Assembly (NCBI GenBank): GCA_001938485.1
Contig: MQRK01227972.1
Location: forward strand, 1-64,000
Direction: 5' to 3'
Source of the DNA: Girardia tigrina
Lineage: Eukaryota
Length of the DNA stretch: 64,000 bases
Below are positions 12,689 to 26,330 of this stretch, piece by piece. Under the pieces are notes generated by a model. That model had not been told where the DNA came from and ran no database searches. It saw nothing but the letters and a program-made list of their open reading frames with translations. The translations under genes were made by a program, and so were the position numbers. The first letter of the stretch is position 1, and each line of letters starts with the position of its first letter.

Positions 12689-13543
12689 CTTTAGCAAATG
12701 GAATAATTAAATAAGATAAAAATGGATTTAAATTGTATAAATAGATCAAATAACTTCGTATTAAGTATAAGAACAAATAAAATATGCATTGAATATTACT
12801 AAGCAATATAACACTTAAACCTTTTTCATTTAAAATATGACGAAGAATCTCTACAAGATTTATATTTATCAGCATAAAAACTCAAAATATTAGTAACCCA
12901 TATGCTTGGTTTTTGATGTCAAAGACTTAGTTAGTTAGTATAAGTTTTTAGGTAATTGAGAAACATTTCCAAATCGTTATTCATAGAAATATTCGTGAGG
13001 TGATTATTTACTTCACAAAATCTACAGCCGTCAAGATAACATGTAAGAAATAAATTCAGAAATAATCTAAAATTTGCCCATACGTTTTCATACAAAGTTG
13101 ATATTTATTTACGCTGTCAAATTTTGGTATACCTGGTAAATACTCTGTGCCACCGGATCATGGAGTTGCCTCTAGAACCGGGCGGTGGTAGTAGAGGCTT
13201 ACAGGGGATCATCTGAGCGCTCGATCTCATTGATATGATATTTGTTTTTTCGAAGAGATCATTTTATTGTAAGTCAAATTATATCAGAATATCAACAATT
13301 TCAGACAAACTTTAATCGAGACAAAAAACAATCATTTTTTCTTTTTGAATTATAAAAAAGAATTCGCCTTTCAAAACAATCAATTCAATTGAAACAACAG
13401 AAATATTTCTTTCAAGCAGAAACAATCGTCCAAACAATAAATATTTTAAGTACTTTGTAATAAAAAATCAATTCATAAATTCGAGAAAAAATATATTTTA
13501 CATACTATACTGTCAATCGAAAAAGATTCGGATCGATTTAGAC

Positions 13544-13791
13544 CAGTGTCGGGCAACCTTTTTCGAGTTGCGGCGCACTAAGCTTAAAACTTTTTTTTCG
13601 CAGCGCAGCTGTGGAACTCACTAAATTTACTTAAGGTAATTACAATTATTGTGTGTTTTACAACGATGCAAAAATTCGACTAATATTGCTACAACAATAC
13701 TTCAATAACTTGTTCAATAACATGTTCAATAACTGTAACGATTTTAAATATTTTACAAAAATGTTCGCGGCACATCGGTTGCCTGACACTG
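13544..13791. mobile_element. hAT-type MITE
   Basis: TIR CAGTGTCGGGCAACC / GGTTGCCTGACACTG; 8-bp TSD ATTTAGAC on both sides. Confidence 0.92.
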
Positions 13792-13802
13792 ATTTAGACT
13801 GA

Positions 13803-16340
13803 TCAATGGAGAGGCAATATACAGTGACAGTTATGTGAGTCTGTCACGTGTAGTTTGTGAGGGGGGTTACAGATGAGTATTGTAAAAGCATTTATAATGG
13901 ATATACTTCCATTAGGGGTTGAAATGATTCTAGGGCTTGATGTTATAGCAAAACACACGATGCTCGGGATAAACCATAATATGATGTTAAAAGTGATCTC
14001 GACTGAAAAATCTTGAGGCGTTATAAAAGAAACAAGCACAGGTCAGAAGAGAAAATTTATAGCTATCGATGATGTCAACTTTCTCGCGGAGTGAAATAGT
14101 CGCCAGTGGAAAGTCAAGTGGAAGTGGAACCCAGATAGTGGTGGAGCAAAATGCCTGGCTCCCCAAAAATTCATGAACGATGGGGATAAAGAAGAATTGG
14201 ACAGAGAAATTCAATAATCGATTGGTGAGGATGAGCTAGTTGCGTATGACGAAAGCAAACACGACTCAATCAGAAGATATCTGCCACTCACGAGTGTGAG
14301 GCAAGAGAAAGGAAGCATTACGAAAATTATTTGATTACCGGGAGATGAAAATATTACTACAATCGTATCCTGTGGGGATAGAATTAGAAAGTGGAGGCAA
14401 TCGGGGTAGAATGATGCAGTTCTTGATCTCAAAAGAGAATACTTACAGATTCACATTGATTAAAGTTTGTGGGTTTATCAAGCGGTAAGGTGGCGAGGTC
14501 AAACGTTCTTACTTACTCGTTTGGGATTTGAATTATGCTCAGCATCAAATATCATGACGAAGATTGTAGAATATATCATCAATTTGAATGATGATCTCAA
14601 ACGGGGTGTATCCAGCTATATTGATGACTTATACCGTGTCGAGACACATGTTACCGTGGCAGAAGTGCAAAGGCATTTCCTTGAGTGTGATTTGGAATCG
14701 AAAGAACCGAAGAAAATTTGGAAAAATGATCCAGCTAGAGTATTAGGTCTGGAATTGATCCTGAGACTAAGAAATTTCGGAGTTAGAAGGCGAAAGGATA
14801 ACAAGGCACAATCTATACAGCTTTGTTGTGGAACTAATAGGTCACCTAACCATTTGTGGACAATTGAGAATCATTTACTCAATGTCACAAAGGATAACAG
14901 CTGCGGAAGAGAAGCACTAGGATGAACCGTTAGGAATCGAATTGTTACAGAAGGTGAGAAGTATTACAAAGTTTTGATAGAGAATGGTGATCCTTGTAAG
15001 GGGAAATGGCCGGTGAAACAGGACTCATCAATGAAGATCTGGACTGATGCGAGCTCAGTGGCAATTGGATACTTGTAGGAAGTGGATAACGAGATCATAA
15101 AAGACGCCGCTTGGTTTAGACCCAAGGACGACCTAAATCACATAAATCGTAGCGAAATGGACGCTGCCATCAAAGGAATAAACTTAGCGATCAAATGAGC
15201 TGCGCGCAGACCTATGTTTATCAAGAATTTATCAAGAATTATGTTTATCAATTGAGCTTGTTGCATCCACAGATAACAAAGCAAACAGATTAACAGGTTT
15301 TCCAAACCAATGGAATGTAAGGTCACAAACAGAAATTCAGAATTTGGAGAAGGAAATCGAACAAATTTTAACCGTTGTCACTTGAGTGAGCAACGCACAT
15401 TGGAATTGTGCAGAGTGAAAATGCTATCCGAAGTATCGAAAGAGAAGGTTGAAGCCTGTATTAAAAACTGTGACTGATGTTGTCATGTGGATCTAGCGAT
15501 AACGCACTTATGGGACACCCGTGGTGTAATGAGCTGTGGGAACGTATTGCAATTGACATATCGCATGTGAATGGACGACCATACCTCACACTGATAGATG
15601 GTTACTATGGATTTACAATGTGGAGGCAGCTCAGAAATTAATCATCCAATGAAGTTGTTTTATACTTAAGACAAATAATCGTAGAATACGGACCGCCGGA
15701 TTCTATCATGTCTGACAATGGAACAGTTTTTCGAGGACGAGATATCAACCAACTTTGCCAAGATTGGGGAGTCAGACAAGAATATTTCTGTGCATAGAGG
15801 CATCAAAGCAATGACGTAATTAAAAGGGTCCACAGAACAATCAAGCAATCGGTGGACAGAACTGGAAGATCCGTTGAAGAGGCCATCCTTTGGTACAATA
15901 ACACTGCTGGGATACACGGAAAAGCACCGTACGAATGGATGTTTGGGTATATATCTCAGAAACACGGAGTCAGCAATGTCAGGACAAGATCTAACTGTGA
16001 ACCAAAATAGTTTGAGCGAGAGAACGACTATAATGACATTGCTCGGAATCCACTAGTTGTCAGCGACAGATTTTATTTGAAGTCTGACTGTAAGAGGTGT
16101 AACAAAGAATGGAGTCGGCTTCATTTAGTAATAAGGATCATCTCAAGAGTTTCGGTTGAAATAAAGGCGTGGCGAGGCATGTTTTGCTTTTTGCTTTTTG
16201 CTACATAGAAGAAAACATAGCCTGGAGACAAAACGTCAGATTGCTTAATGGATAGAGAGTTCACAATAGAGAACTATCCAGATGAGGTACGCGATTAAGG
16301 CCAGCACGAGTCGACAAGACTACAACACTCCAGGAGGACT
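13803..16340 (+). mobile_element. Degenerate Gypsy pol (protease-RT-RNase H-integrase)
   Basis: MILGLD, YQAVRWRGQTFLLTRLGF..SYIDD, WTDAS, HINRSEMDA and YGPPDSIMSDNGTVF motifs, with many stops. Confidence 0.85.
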
Positions 16341-17018
16341 GGTTGAAATAATTTACATCTTGATCGAACTTAAGCAGAATTAATTAAATAAATATGTTTT
16401 TTAAAATAAATTAAATAAAGTAATTAATTAGAAATTTTAGTTAAGTTAAAAATTTAAGTAAAATCAAAATTTAAATTTCTATTGTAAATACTTCCAAGAA
16501 AACACAATNNNNNNNNNNNNNNNNNNNNNNNNNNNNNNNNNNNNNNNNNNNNNNNNNNNNNNNNNNNNNNNNNNNNNNNNNNNNNNNNNNNNNNNNNNNN
16601 NNNNNNNNNNNNNNNNNNNNNNNNNNNNNNNNNNNNNNNNNNNNNNNNNNNNNNNNNNNNNNNNNNNNNNNNNNNNNNNNNNNNNNNNNNNNNNNNNNNN
16701 NNNNNNNNNNNNNNNNNNNNNNNNNNNNNNNNNNNNNNNNNNNNNNNNNNNNNNNNNNNNNNNNNNNNNNNNNNNNNNNNNNNNNNNNNNNNNNNNNNNN
16801 NNNNNNNNNNNNNNNNNNNNNNNNNNNNNNNNNNNNNNNNNNNNNNNNNNNNNNNNNNNNNNNNNNNNNNNNNNNNNNNNNNNNNNNNNNNNNNNNNNNN
16901 NNNNNNNNNNNNNNNNNNNNNNNNNNNNNNNNNNNNNNNNNNNNNNNNNNNNNNNNNNNNNNNNNNNNNNNNNNNNNNNNNNNNNNNNNNNNNNNNNNNN
17001 NNNNNNNNNNNNNNNNNN

Positions 17019-17360
17019 GTCGAGTCTTTTCAATTTGTCCGGGGTTATCTCAAATATGTTGGACAGTAACGAAAGAGAACGAGAAAAAGTCCTCTTGAGG
17101 ACTAAAATTATTGATTGGATGCGCAGCGCGACACCAAGGACTCTTCGATGGCATGAAGACTACGACTTTGGTTGATCCGTTAGGTGTATCCACCAAAGGG
17201 GTGTGTGACGATATTATGATGAATTTGAAATTTGTGACAGTATTATGTATATAATTTATTGAAGTTTGTTTAAACTTTCAGAAATTGTTGATACATAAAT
17301 TTGAATTAAATAAAGTGTATTACTTTCGTCGACTTGTATATTATATATGTAGAACACAAA
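17019..17360 (+). mobile_element. Probable Gypsy 3' end: polypurine tract and LTR start
   Basis: aaaggggtg|TGTGACG at ~17204; the LTR end is uncertain. Confidence 0.4.
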
Positions 17361-17488
17361 AGGATTATGTAATCAATTGCATTAAATCACTCTAATAAAA
17401 AATTCTTAATAAGCTGCTTAAGACTGCACTATTTTGAATATTTTGCTTATTTAAATTATTAAAATTAATTAATAAATTAAAGTAAACT

Positions 17489-17730
17489 TGCGATGAATAT
17501 TTTCCAATCGTATTTATTTTATGTTGTGTTAGGTGTGTTGTCATTAAGATTGTTTGTCTCCACTCCAGATGGAAGATTGATATTTTAAATGTTTGGAACC
17601 GTTGAATTATTTGAATAATTTCACAATATAAATAAAAACTTAAAATTAAATTAATATATTTTAATCAATAAATATATAATAATATTTTAAATCTATTTGA
17701 AAGTGATTTAAAATATTTTAAAGTGGATTG
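17489..17730 (+). mobile_element. Truncated LTR related to those at 47665 and 58742
   Basis: Starts TGCGATGAATATT and contains the TCTCC..CCAGATGGAAGATTGATATTTTAAA block. Confidence 0.7.
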
Positions 17731-17904
17731 TAACGTAAAGATTTATTTATTCATAGATAATGTATTTAAAATGCAATAAAATATTTTTGAATAATTAAAG
17801 TTAGAAATAGATTTATCAATCAAGAAAGATGTGTAACTACGAATTTTTTGTGAAGGAGGCAATTCGAGTGGTGATTTCAATACAGTTTTAGAGACAAATA
17901 TTAG

Positions 17905-18085
17905 TGCTCTTAATAGCGCCCACCACATTTATATTCATAAATAAAATCAGAACAAAGTGTTAAGGGTGTAATATATGTATTACTTAACACATTTTGAATT
18001 TTTGGAGATCGTGATATATATTTTAAAATTAATTCATTGTTATTTGCTTTTAACAATGCATTTAGAAAGTCTTTAAATTCTTCAG
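17905..18085 (-). mobile_element. Penelope GIY-YIG fragment
   Basis: TPLTLCSDFIYEYKC is homologous to TPLGLCSDIVYQYTC at ~45240. Confidence 0.7.
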
Positions 18086-18479
18086 AATAAAGGTTGAGAC
18101 AGCAGATGCGGGTGCTCAGAGACAAATGTCCCACCAGATTACATATCGAGATTTAGTTTATGGAAAACTAGGTGGGAAGATCTGATTGGAAAATGAAGCC
18201 CCAAGTTATATTCAAATTAGTAATCAACCTTTAGACACTATCGCGATAGAAGAATTCTGCTACGTTGGCGATCTTGTAGATTATAAAGGACAGGGAATAT
18301 TTAGTCGAGTATAACGAGAAGACAATGGGTAAATCAAAAGAACTGAATCATATGTTCGGGATATTACAGAAAAATAAGGATAAATTACGTTCAGTTTTCG
18401 ACTTTAGGCCATTTCAGAGTTTAATACTCTTTTTACCTCACGTAAAATTTTTCATCTATTGTTTCACCAGTACCACAAG

Positions 18480-18830
18480 TGACTCGGGCAAATTAATTGA
18501 CATATCCGTGTAACGTATTCTGTCAAGTTTAGTTTTACCAAGAGCAGTGCGTGTGCAGGTATTATGAAAAGTTTGTATCCCGGATACCTCTTTTTCAGGT
18601 GTTGCCTAGCACTCACTCCCATTATACACTGCGGAATAATGCTTGATTCGATTAGTCTTTTTTTCAGCGTTATAGGAACTCGGTTACTTTGAATCGCAGG
18701 CTGCAGTTCTCGTAACTTACTCATATCTGACTGCATCTACCACATGTAGTCAATATACTGCCGAGGTAACTTAACTTGCTCACTCATTCTATGACTTTGT
18801 CACCACACATCACTTGCGGAATTCCAGTCA
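18480..18830 (-). mobile_element. RTE-like LINE remnant
   Basis: RVPITLKKRLIESSIIPQC resembles the post-RT LINE region. Confidence 0.5.
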
Positions 18831-18839
18831 TGTGCTTAA

Positions 18840-19902
18840 CTGGTATATTTACTATTTATTATGTAACGCACTGAATAATTTTCCAACCTTTCTATCCTTA
18901 TGCACTGTTAGGAATATTTTAAAATTAAATGAATTATATATATCATGAGTTTTATTTATATATATTTAAATGTTTTTCTTTTTTAAAAATATTAAACTTG
19001 ATTTTAATTTTCAATTTTAACATTTTTTAGAGCGAATTTTTTGAGCGATCTTAAACATTTTTTTGTATGGTTTGAAATCGTCGTTGCTGCGAGTGTAAAA
19101 AAAGGGAAATTTTGAAACGAAAAGAAATTGTTGAAATTTGTTATAAAAATAAATCTTTGATTTAAAAGAAATTACCATATTTTGAATTTGAAACACTTAA
19201 TGAAAATGGCTTATTTGAAAATTTCTCAGCTATCCGATCATGTTCTGTTAAACGTTCTTAGTCCACTCGGGGTTATAAAAGATCGCATCGAAAAACTCGC
19301 TGTAGACATTATTCCAAGTCGGTTGGGAAACGTGAATGGTCCCTCGACTCTCTGTGTCCTGAAAGATGTTTTCAAATTCTTTGTTGAGTTTCTTAACGCT
19401 ATCAATCGCGAAATTCGAACAAAACCGATTTCTGTGGCGGTTTCTGTTGATTGTTTTCGAGATGAAAGTTATGTCGTTTGTCAATCAAGAAAAAGTTTTT
19501 GGAATCGATAATTCGGGGTCTTCGAACAATAAAAAAGAATTGATGAAGATAATCACTCGTTTAAAATGCTGTTGGATCGATGCTTGAAGCAGGTCAGTCG
19601 AATTGGTGAGAATACGTTATGTTTCCCCCCTGCCCAAGAAACACTGATTTCCCAGCCTCGGGACGCCGCCAACGCGCTACTCTCGCTCTCGCGCCAACAT
19701 TTTTGGTATAAAATCAATTTCCATTTCGTTTGGAGAATCACCATTCTAAGTTCAACATATTCGAATTAACAAATTTCATTCAAACATTCACACCTACATA
19801 AAATTTAAAATATTCCTCACAGTGCATAAGAACAGAAAGGTTGGAAAAGTATTTATGTACAAGGTATTATTAGTGTTACATAATGAATAGTGAATGTACC
19901 AG
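18840..19902. mobile_element. Non-autonomous DNA element with ~90-bp imperfect TIRs, family unassigned
   Basis: ctggtatatttactatttattatgtaac...ttccaacctttct..cttatgcactgt is mirrored by acagtgcataag..agaaaggttggaa...gttacataatgaatagtgaatgtaccag. Confidence 0.75.
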
Positions 19903-20480
19903 AAGCAGTGGTTTTCAAAGTGTGAAGAATCTTTTATAGTAACCAACCATTACATGTGTACCAACATTTTTACAAGCAAAAAACGTTATCAAATATAAAT
20001 ATTTCAAGACAAGGCAAGTTACGAAAGTTACAACGAGTTATTCGACCTTTACATTAATGGTAAATTGTTCTGAGAATATTTCTTTCTGAAGTATTTAGTC
20101 TTCATCAAAATGTCAGATATACACTTTTAATAAAGTTTAAATCTCATATAACTTTGATTTATACTATTTTAATGAACTTATCATGACCTCCAATATTTAT
20201 TACCATCAACCAGCCAACAAACAAACGTGTTGCTTAGTGATAATGACAATATTTTATTATTATATTTTTATATTTATATAAAAAATCATTTCCTAAAAAA
20301 TGTATTAAAAATCTATCGCTTTTGAGAAAATCAGTACCGAAAGAGATAACAATGGTTCGCATCGTTTGATGATGTGAAAATATATTTTTAATAAAAACAT
20401 GTGTAATAACATTTGAGTATTTTTCTAGAATAATAATGTCATAAACACTATTTAATTATAATAATAAGAATAATTCTAAC

Positions 20481-20717
20481 TTAACATTATGAAACATCGA
20501 GATGAAGAAGAAATAATAATGGTCGTACAAAAAGCACATATGGTACGATTGCTTGTATTATATTTTCCACCAACAAATACCGTTGTCTTATTTACTTGAA
20601 GTAATTCTGTAGTGTTCAGCAACAATTTTAAATCTCTTCCATCTGGATAACATTGAATCTCAGTTTCTATGTCAAAGAAATATGCTTTACTAAATACCGG
20701 TTTTAATTTTTGATATG
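20481..20717 (-). CDS. Exon 4 of modular Cys4/Ig-like repeat gene (type C domain); not in ORF track
   Basis: ttttTAG|CA...TTA A|GTTAGA; 237 nt, phase 1-1, open by manual translation: YQKLKPVFSKAYFFDIETEIQCYPDG...VGGKYNTSNRTICAFCTTIIISSSSRCFIML. Confidence 0.85.
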
Positions 20718-20867
20718 CTAAAAATTTACTTTTAATTGTCTTAAATAAAATTATCTCTAGAATACATTTAATATATAAATGATTTAAACAAATAAAGAAA
20801 AGTAGACATTATAAAATAATAGAAAATATTGGGAAACCTTGAGCTTCATGAAAACCATACTTTACAA

Positions 20868-21198
20868 CGGTGGTGTCAAACCTTTTTGCTGTGCGGGCCA
20901 CTTGATACAACATAAATGCAACGGCGGGCCACAATGGAAATGTCAAGTACATTATCAAACACAGAAAAAACTGTATAAAAGAAAACATTTATTCAAAAAA
21001 CCATTTATTCTAAAAGAAATCATGCTACAGTACTATAATAACACTAGCTGTTTATGCTTTTAGTGAAAATTTAGTCACTGTTATGTAAAATTACACTGAT
21101 TGTGGTTCTATTTAGATTTGTAAGACTTCTGACGTGGGTCGCACGATTTGCCTCTGAGGGCCGCAAGTGGCCCGCAGGCCGCCACTTTGACACCTCTG
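20868..21198. mobile_element. hAT-type MITE
   Basis: TIR CGGTGGTGTCAAA / TTTGACACCTCTG; 8-bp TSD CTTTACAA on both sides. Confidence 0.92.
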
Positions 21199-21711
21199 CT
21201 TTACAAGATAACAAAGACATATGATAATAATTGACAGCAAAACAGTGATCGATAAACTGAAATGACCGATTAAACACTTCTCTTAGGAAACGGTGTGTTA
21301 AGAAAAATGTCCTAACCTGAGAAACCATAACGAAACAAATTGGAGCAGATCAAGACAGGACATTTTAACATTTTAGGAAGATCATGATGAAATCAATAAT
21401 AATAGCAAATAACATCAGGACGGAGACCAAAACGCAAATATGCAAAGTCATCCGTTAAAATGTAAACATTTTTTGAAACCTTTTATTTGTAATTAAATAA
21501 TTGTAATTTATTATTTGATAAATGTAATAACAACATTTTTTTAAAGAATATAAATAATATTTCTTTGAAATAATATAAGAAAGATTATTTATAATGTGTC
21601 ATCAACATTATGATCTTATAAAAAATATGGTATTTGACGAAAATGGGCTCTGAATGCTTACTGGACATTGATGAAGTTAGTAAGTTAGGAAATATTCCAA
21701 ATAAATATAAT

Positions 21712-22116
21712 TATGAGGAATGTTTTGAATTGTGGGTAGATATTGTGTATGTTGTGTGTTGATTCGGATTGTGCCTCTCCATTGCAGATGGATGATTGGT
21801 ATGTTCTCTGATTCCTACTAATTAAAAATAATTTAATTTAATTTTAAAGTAAAAAGATTTAAAATAATTTTTGAATGTATTATTTAACTTTTAATGTAAT
21901 TTAAATTTTTAATATATTAATTTAATATTTACTTTTTTAAAAATGTTTAGATTTAATTTTAACCAATTAAAATGATTTCCATGATTAAAGGATTTTCATT
22001 TATTGAGAAAATCAGTATGAATGTAAAAATATATTAATCAAGAAAAATGTCAGATAGTGAAGGCACTTGTGATGTTAATAAATGTTTAAAAACTCATATT
22101 GATGTTGTTCATAATA
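21712..22116 (+). mobile_element. Solo LTR of the TG..TA Gypsy lineage
   Basis: Starts TATGAGGAA, contains CTCTCC..GCAGATGGATGATT, has AATAAA near the end and finishes GTTCATAATA; no clean TSD. Confidence 0.7.
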
Positions 22117-22172
22117 ACAAAGGAAATATTATTTGTGTTAATGGATACATTTTAAATATACCAGAAATAGTA

Positions 22173-24900
22173 CAGTGGAAACCACTTCAGATGAAATCGC
22201 TTAAGACGAAATACCGGTTACGACGAAATAAAATACATGTCCCACAAAAAAGTAAAACCGTTTAAGACGAATTCTAGAATTTTTTACGATAAATCAATGA
22301 AGAACTATGAAGAACATTCATAGTTTGCAATGTCCACTCGATTTTATTTCCCAAAACACATAAGATATCTGAGACAAGTTCCAGAATGACACTCATTTTT
22401 AATTTATTTTAAATGCTCTGGAAATAGTCTATAATGTTTGTTTGGATAGAATTTTGGATCACTGATTTCTGTGCATAGTTCTCAATCACACCCAGAGCAT
22501 GTAGCGCAGTGATATCGCCATCTTGGCACTGAAGGAAGATGCAAATTCCATTCAGAAAGTTGATGACATCTTTTGCATAAGGCAATACAGGCACAGGGGA
22601 ATCATCTTCAGAACCCCCCGATCTATCATCTTCTTTCTTTTGATGCACCTCAGCAGCAATTTCAGAATGGCTTAGCTATCTTGTTACTGCTACGGCATCA
22701 TCTGCATGAAGGTAAACTTCAGGGTCAACAACGTCTGGGATGTTCATGAAATGGCGGAGACGGTCGAATATATTGTCCATTGAACAGGCATCCACTTGTT
22801 TAAGAGAGTTGTCCACTGGTGGGGCATTCTTGACGATTCCTGAGTGACGCCAACAGTTGGAGATGGTTTCCTCGGGGACATCATTCCAAGCCGCGCTCAA
22901 CATGTCCATGGCTTCTCGAAAATCTATCTCAGAATGCATTCCACTCTCATATGCTGCTAGAGTTCGTTTGAGCAAGCGTGATTGATATCGTCGCTTGGTT
23001 GCCTGTATAATACCTTAGTCAAAAAGCTGAAGCACAGCAGTTGTGTTTGGCGATAGATACTGCACCTTGACATTTGTCAGGTCATGCACATTTTTATGTG
23101 CGGAGCAATTGTCAATCAGCAAGAGGATATGTCGACCTAGATTGCGAATGCTCTTATCCACTTTTCGGATCCATTCTTTCCAGAGGTCACCCGTCAACCA
23201 TGCTTTCTTATAGTAGTAGACTAGGATATGCTTTATACCCCGGAAACACCTGGGATTTGTCGCTTTTCCTAGTACAAGTGGTTTCAGCTTACTTGTCCCC
23301 GTCATGTTGGTTGCAAGGAGAACAATTATTCTGTCTTTGGCTTGCTTTCCACCAGTGCAAGGTTTTCCTTTAAAATCAAGTGTTCGATCTGAAAGCATGC
23401 GCCAGAACAAGCCACTTTCATCAGCATTAAAAATGTACTTCTCCTCATAGGGTGATAGTAGCTGAGGCAGGACTGTCAATCACCAGTTATCAACCGCTTC
23501 AGTATCGACATCAGCGGCTTCGCTACATACAGCTCGCAGACGAATTCCATGTCGATCCTTCCAATGGCCAAGCCATCCAATACTGGGGTTGAAGTCTGGT
23601 ATGCCCAGCTCAATGCATAAAACTTTTGCTTTCTCCATTAAAAGAGGAACATCAACTGCAAGTGACTGGGATCTCACTTGCGTAAACCACCGAAGGAGGG
23701 CTTCATCCACGTCCGTATGCGTTGATGTGCGCTGTCGTTTACATGATCCACTTTTTCCGCTCTCCACAGCCTTGCAGATTACAGCATTATTCTTTATTAT
23801 GGTAGAGAGTGTGCTGGGCGGAATTCCGAATTCAAAAGCAATTTCCATCTTCTTTCTTCCTTTATTCACCTCTGCCAAGATCTTTAACCTCTTTTCAAGA
23901 GATATGGCGTGTTTCTTTGACATGATGAAAGCAGTCGTTTACAGTCCTTTGCGGGTAAGAATCTGGAAACGGCATTTAAGAGCAAAAATCCATAGTAAAA
24001 TTGAAAATCTAAAAATAAATATCCAATCTTACTTCTTTTTTAAGCATATAAATTGAAAAAATAATGATTAATTTTGAGATTTTTTTGGTATCAAATTGCA
24101 GTTAACTGCTGATTCAGTGCAGTTAACTGCAAGCCAATGTATCAAAGAATTGTAAAAATGCTAAACAACAAATACAACGCACACATGTGCACATTTCAGA
24201 CGATTATCCTCAACCAATTGACATACTGTACAGTAATCTGCTGTACGTTATATACTATGAAAAGAGGAAGAGGAAGGGGAGAGAGACATTGTGATGATGG
24301 CGTTATCTATAAATGCTTCAGTGCCCCTTGAAAAAATGATCATACATACACGCTGACCAACATAGCTCTGACACATTGTGAGGGTGCCATTCACCATATA
24401 CATACAGTACCATATATATGTCCCCGGGAAGGGGCTACATAAATTTACAAAGCGTGGTGCTGACCAGTTAGATCAGCTTCCGTAGATCAATGTGCATATT
24501 ACAATGCACTACACGCACACTGCGTCAAAATTTTTATGCAGGTGTGACATAAAACCAAGTGTGATTCAAACCAGCCGTCTGATTTCCTCTCTTTCTCTCT
24601 CTCTGTGCATACAGTACAGTAGCTTACACTGTATGTGTTTGAGTAGCCCCCGGATGCTCACGGTCTGTGCATACGTGTTTTAATGTTTGTGTGCACACGC
24701 GTGAACCAACATAGGGTAGTGAAAGGGCGTGCGTGCCATTGATAACTGCATGTATAGAGGAAACCGACAGACTGGCAGTGAAATTAACCTATACCACATG
24801 TTTGTAAATGTGGTAGAGTTAAATAATCACAAGAACAAGAAATCCGCTTAAGACGAATATCGGTTAAGACGAAATTTTCTGCTGGCAAACACGATTTTGT
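22173..24900 (-). mobile_element. Tigger (pogo) transposon with near-complete disrupted transposase (23923 to 22409)
   Basis: TA|CAGTGGAAACC terminus; subterminal TTAAGACGAA repeats at both ends; HTH domains, FNADESGLFW, LLLIDNCSAH and PNTTAVLQLFD motifs; right end replaced by a mariner. Confidence 0.93.
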
Positions 24901-25930
24901 TCTTGCTTTATTATTTTTGTAAAGGAAAAAATGCAGTGATAGCCACCAAAAAGGTACTGGATGTGTATGGTACAGAAGTCCTTAAAGAAAGGCAATGCCG
25001 AAATTAATTTGAAAAATTCCGTGTGAATATTTTTCTCTTAAAGATGACCAACGTTCAGGTAGAGCACTTGAAGTTAATGGGAATGATACCAAAACCATTG
25101 ACGAAGTGGATCATCATGTAACTATACGGAATAATGAAGAGAAGTTGAATGTTTTACATAAAGCATTTTAAACTTGTCAGTCGTGTTAAGAAGCTAGATA
25201 GTTTGGTTCCGTATGATTTGAAAGAAATTTATCTGACAAATTACATCAACGTTTGCGATTTATTACATCAACGCAATGAATTCGATCCTTTTTTAAAACA
25301 AATTTTCACTTGAGACGAAAGGTGTATTGTGCACAAAAATATCAATCGAAAACGAACATGGTGTACAACTAATCAGTCATCACAAACCTCTACAAAGGCA
25401 AATATCCATGAAAAGAAGATTTTGCAATCTATTTGGTGGAATTTGAAAGGTCTCGTGTATTTTGAGCTGATTCCAAGGAGTCAAACCATTAATTCGGAGG
25501 TAATCTGTCGACAACTGTGAAAATTGAATGCAGTAGTCAAGGAAAAGCGACCAGAATATGTCAATCGTAAAGGAGTCCTTTTCCACCAGTATAATGCTAG
25601 GCGTTTTACATCTTTGGTTACTCAGTAAAAATTGATGGAATTGATGTAGCACCCACCGTATATCCCTGATATGGAGCCATCGGATTATCACTTATTTCGA
25701 CACCGATGTAAAACTTTCAATTATTATGATGCTATAAACTCTCACTTAACTCAGTTTTTGGCTGAAGAAGATCATGCTTTCTATGACCGTGGAATTTTTA
25801 AGTTGTCAGAGATCTGACAAAAGGTCATCGAAAAAATGGAAAATACATCATATATTAAAGTTCATTCCAAATAAAAAAAACTCTTTTATTTCATTGAACA
25901 AATCAGCAATTACTTAGTTTCCAACTCAAA
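24901..25930 (+). mobile_element. 5'-truncated degenerate mariner, same family as 39979-41254
   Basis: LLYYFCKGKNA, WVP-like and HPPYIPDMEPSDY motifs; right TIR ...AATTACTTAGTTTCCAAC. Confidence 0.88.
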
Positions 25931-26069
25931 AATTTAAAATATAAGTATCATTGGGATGATTTTTGTGACTATATATGTTTTTAAGTTAATGTAAAATCCC
26001 ATAGTCAGCATAAAATACGTTAAACATAATAAATATTTAGCAAAATAGGAATTGATTTGTAAAACCTAC

Positions 26070-26330
26070 ATCTAGGATATAAACATTGTCGATATTCATT
26101 TATATATATGATCTGACAAGTGGGACATTCGTGGATACATTGGAAACATATCTGTCCAATATTAGAACCATTTAAAATTCCAGAATGGTGGGTACGATTG
26201 AATTTATAAAACATTATATTTTTATAATAATTAATAATCTTATCAGGTATAAGATCACAATATAAATTCACAGTTTTTCCAATCGGATATAAACTTCCTG
26301 GCAAATTGAATATAAATTGCGGAAAGGTAA
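26070..26330 (-). CDS. Exon 3 of modular Cys4/Ig-like repeat gene (type A domain with extra CPTC)
   Basis: tttcttAG|TT...AGA T|GTAGGT; 261 nt, phase 1-1, open; homologous to exon 5 (YP..K.V...CDL...NGS..G..C..C.HE...EY..CL.P). Confidence 0.85.

Noticed and set aside
16479-17033. Long ORFs made of X residues (also 45263-45674, 61462-61761)
   Set aside because: Artefacts of N gaps.
23589-24056. Antisense ORFs over TE coding regions (also 47986-48612, 49514-49930)
   Set aside because: Shadow frames of transposase, gag or pol.
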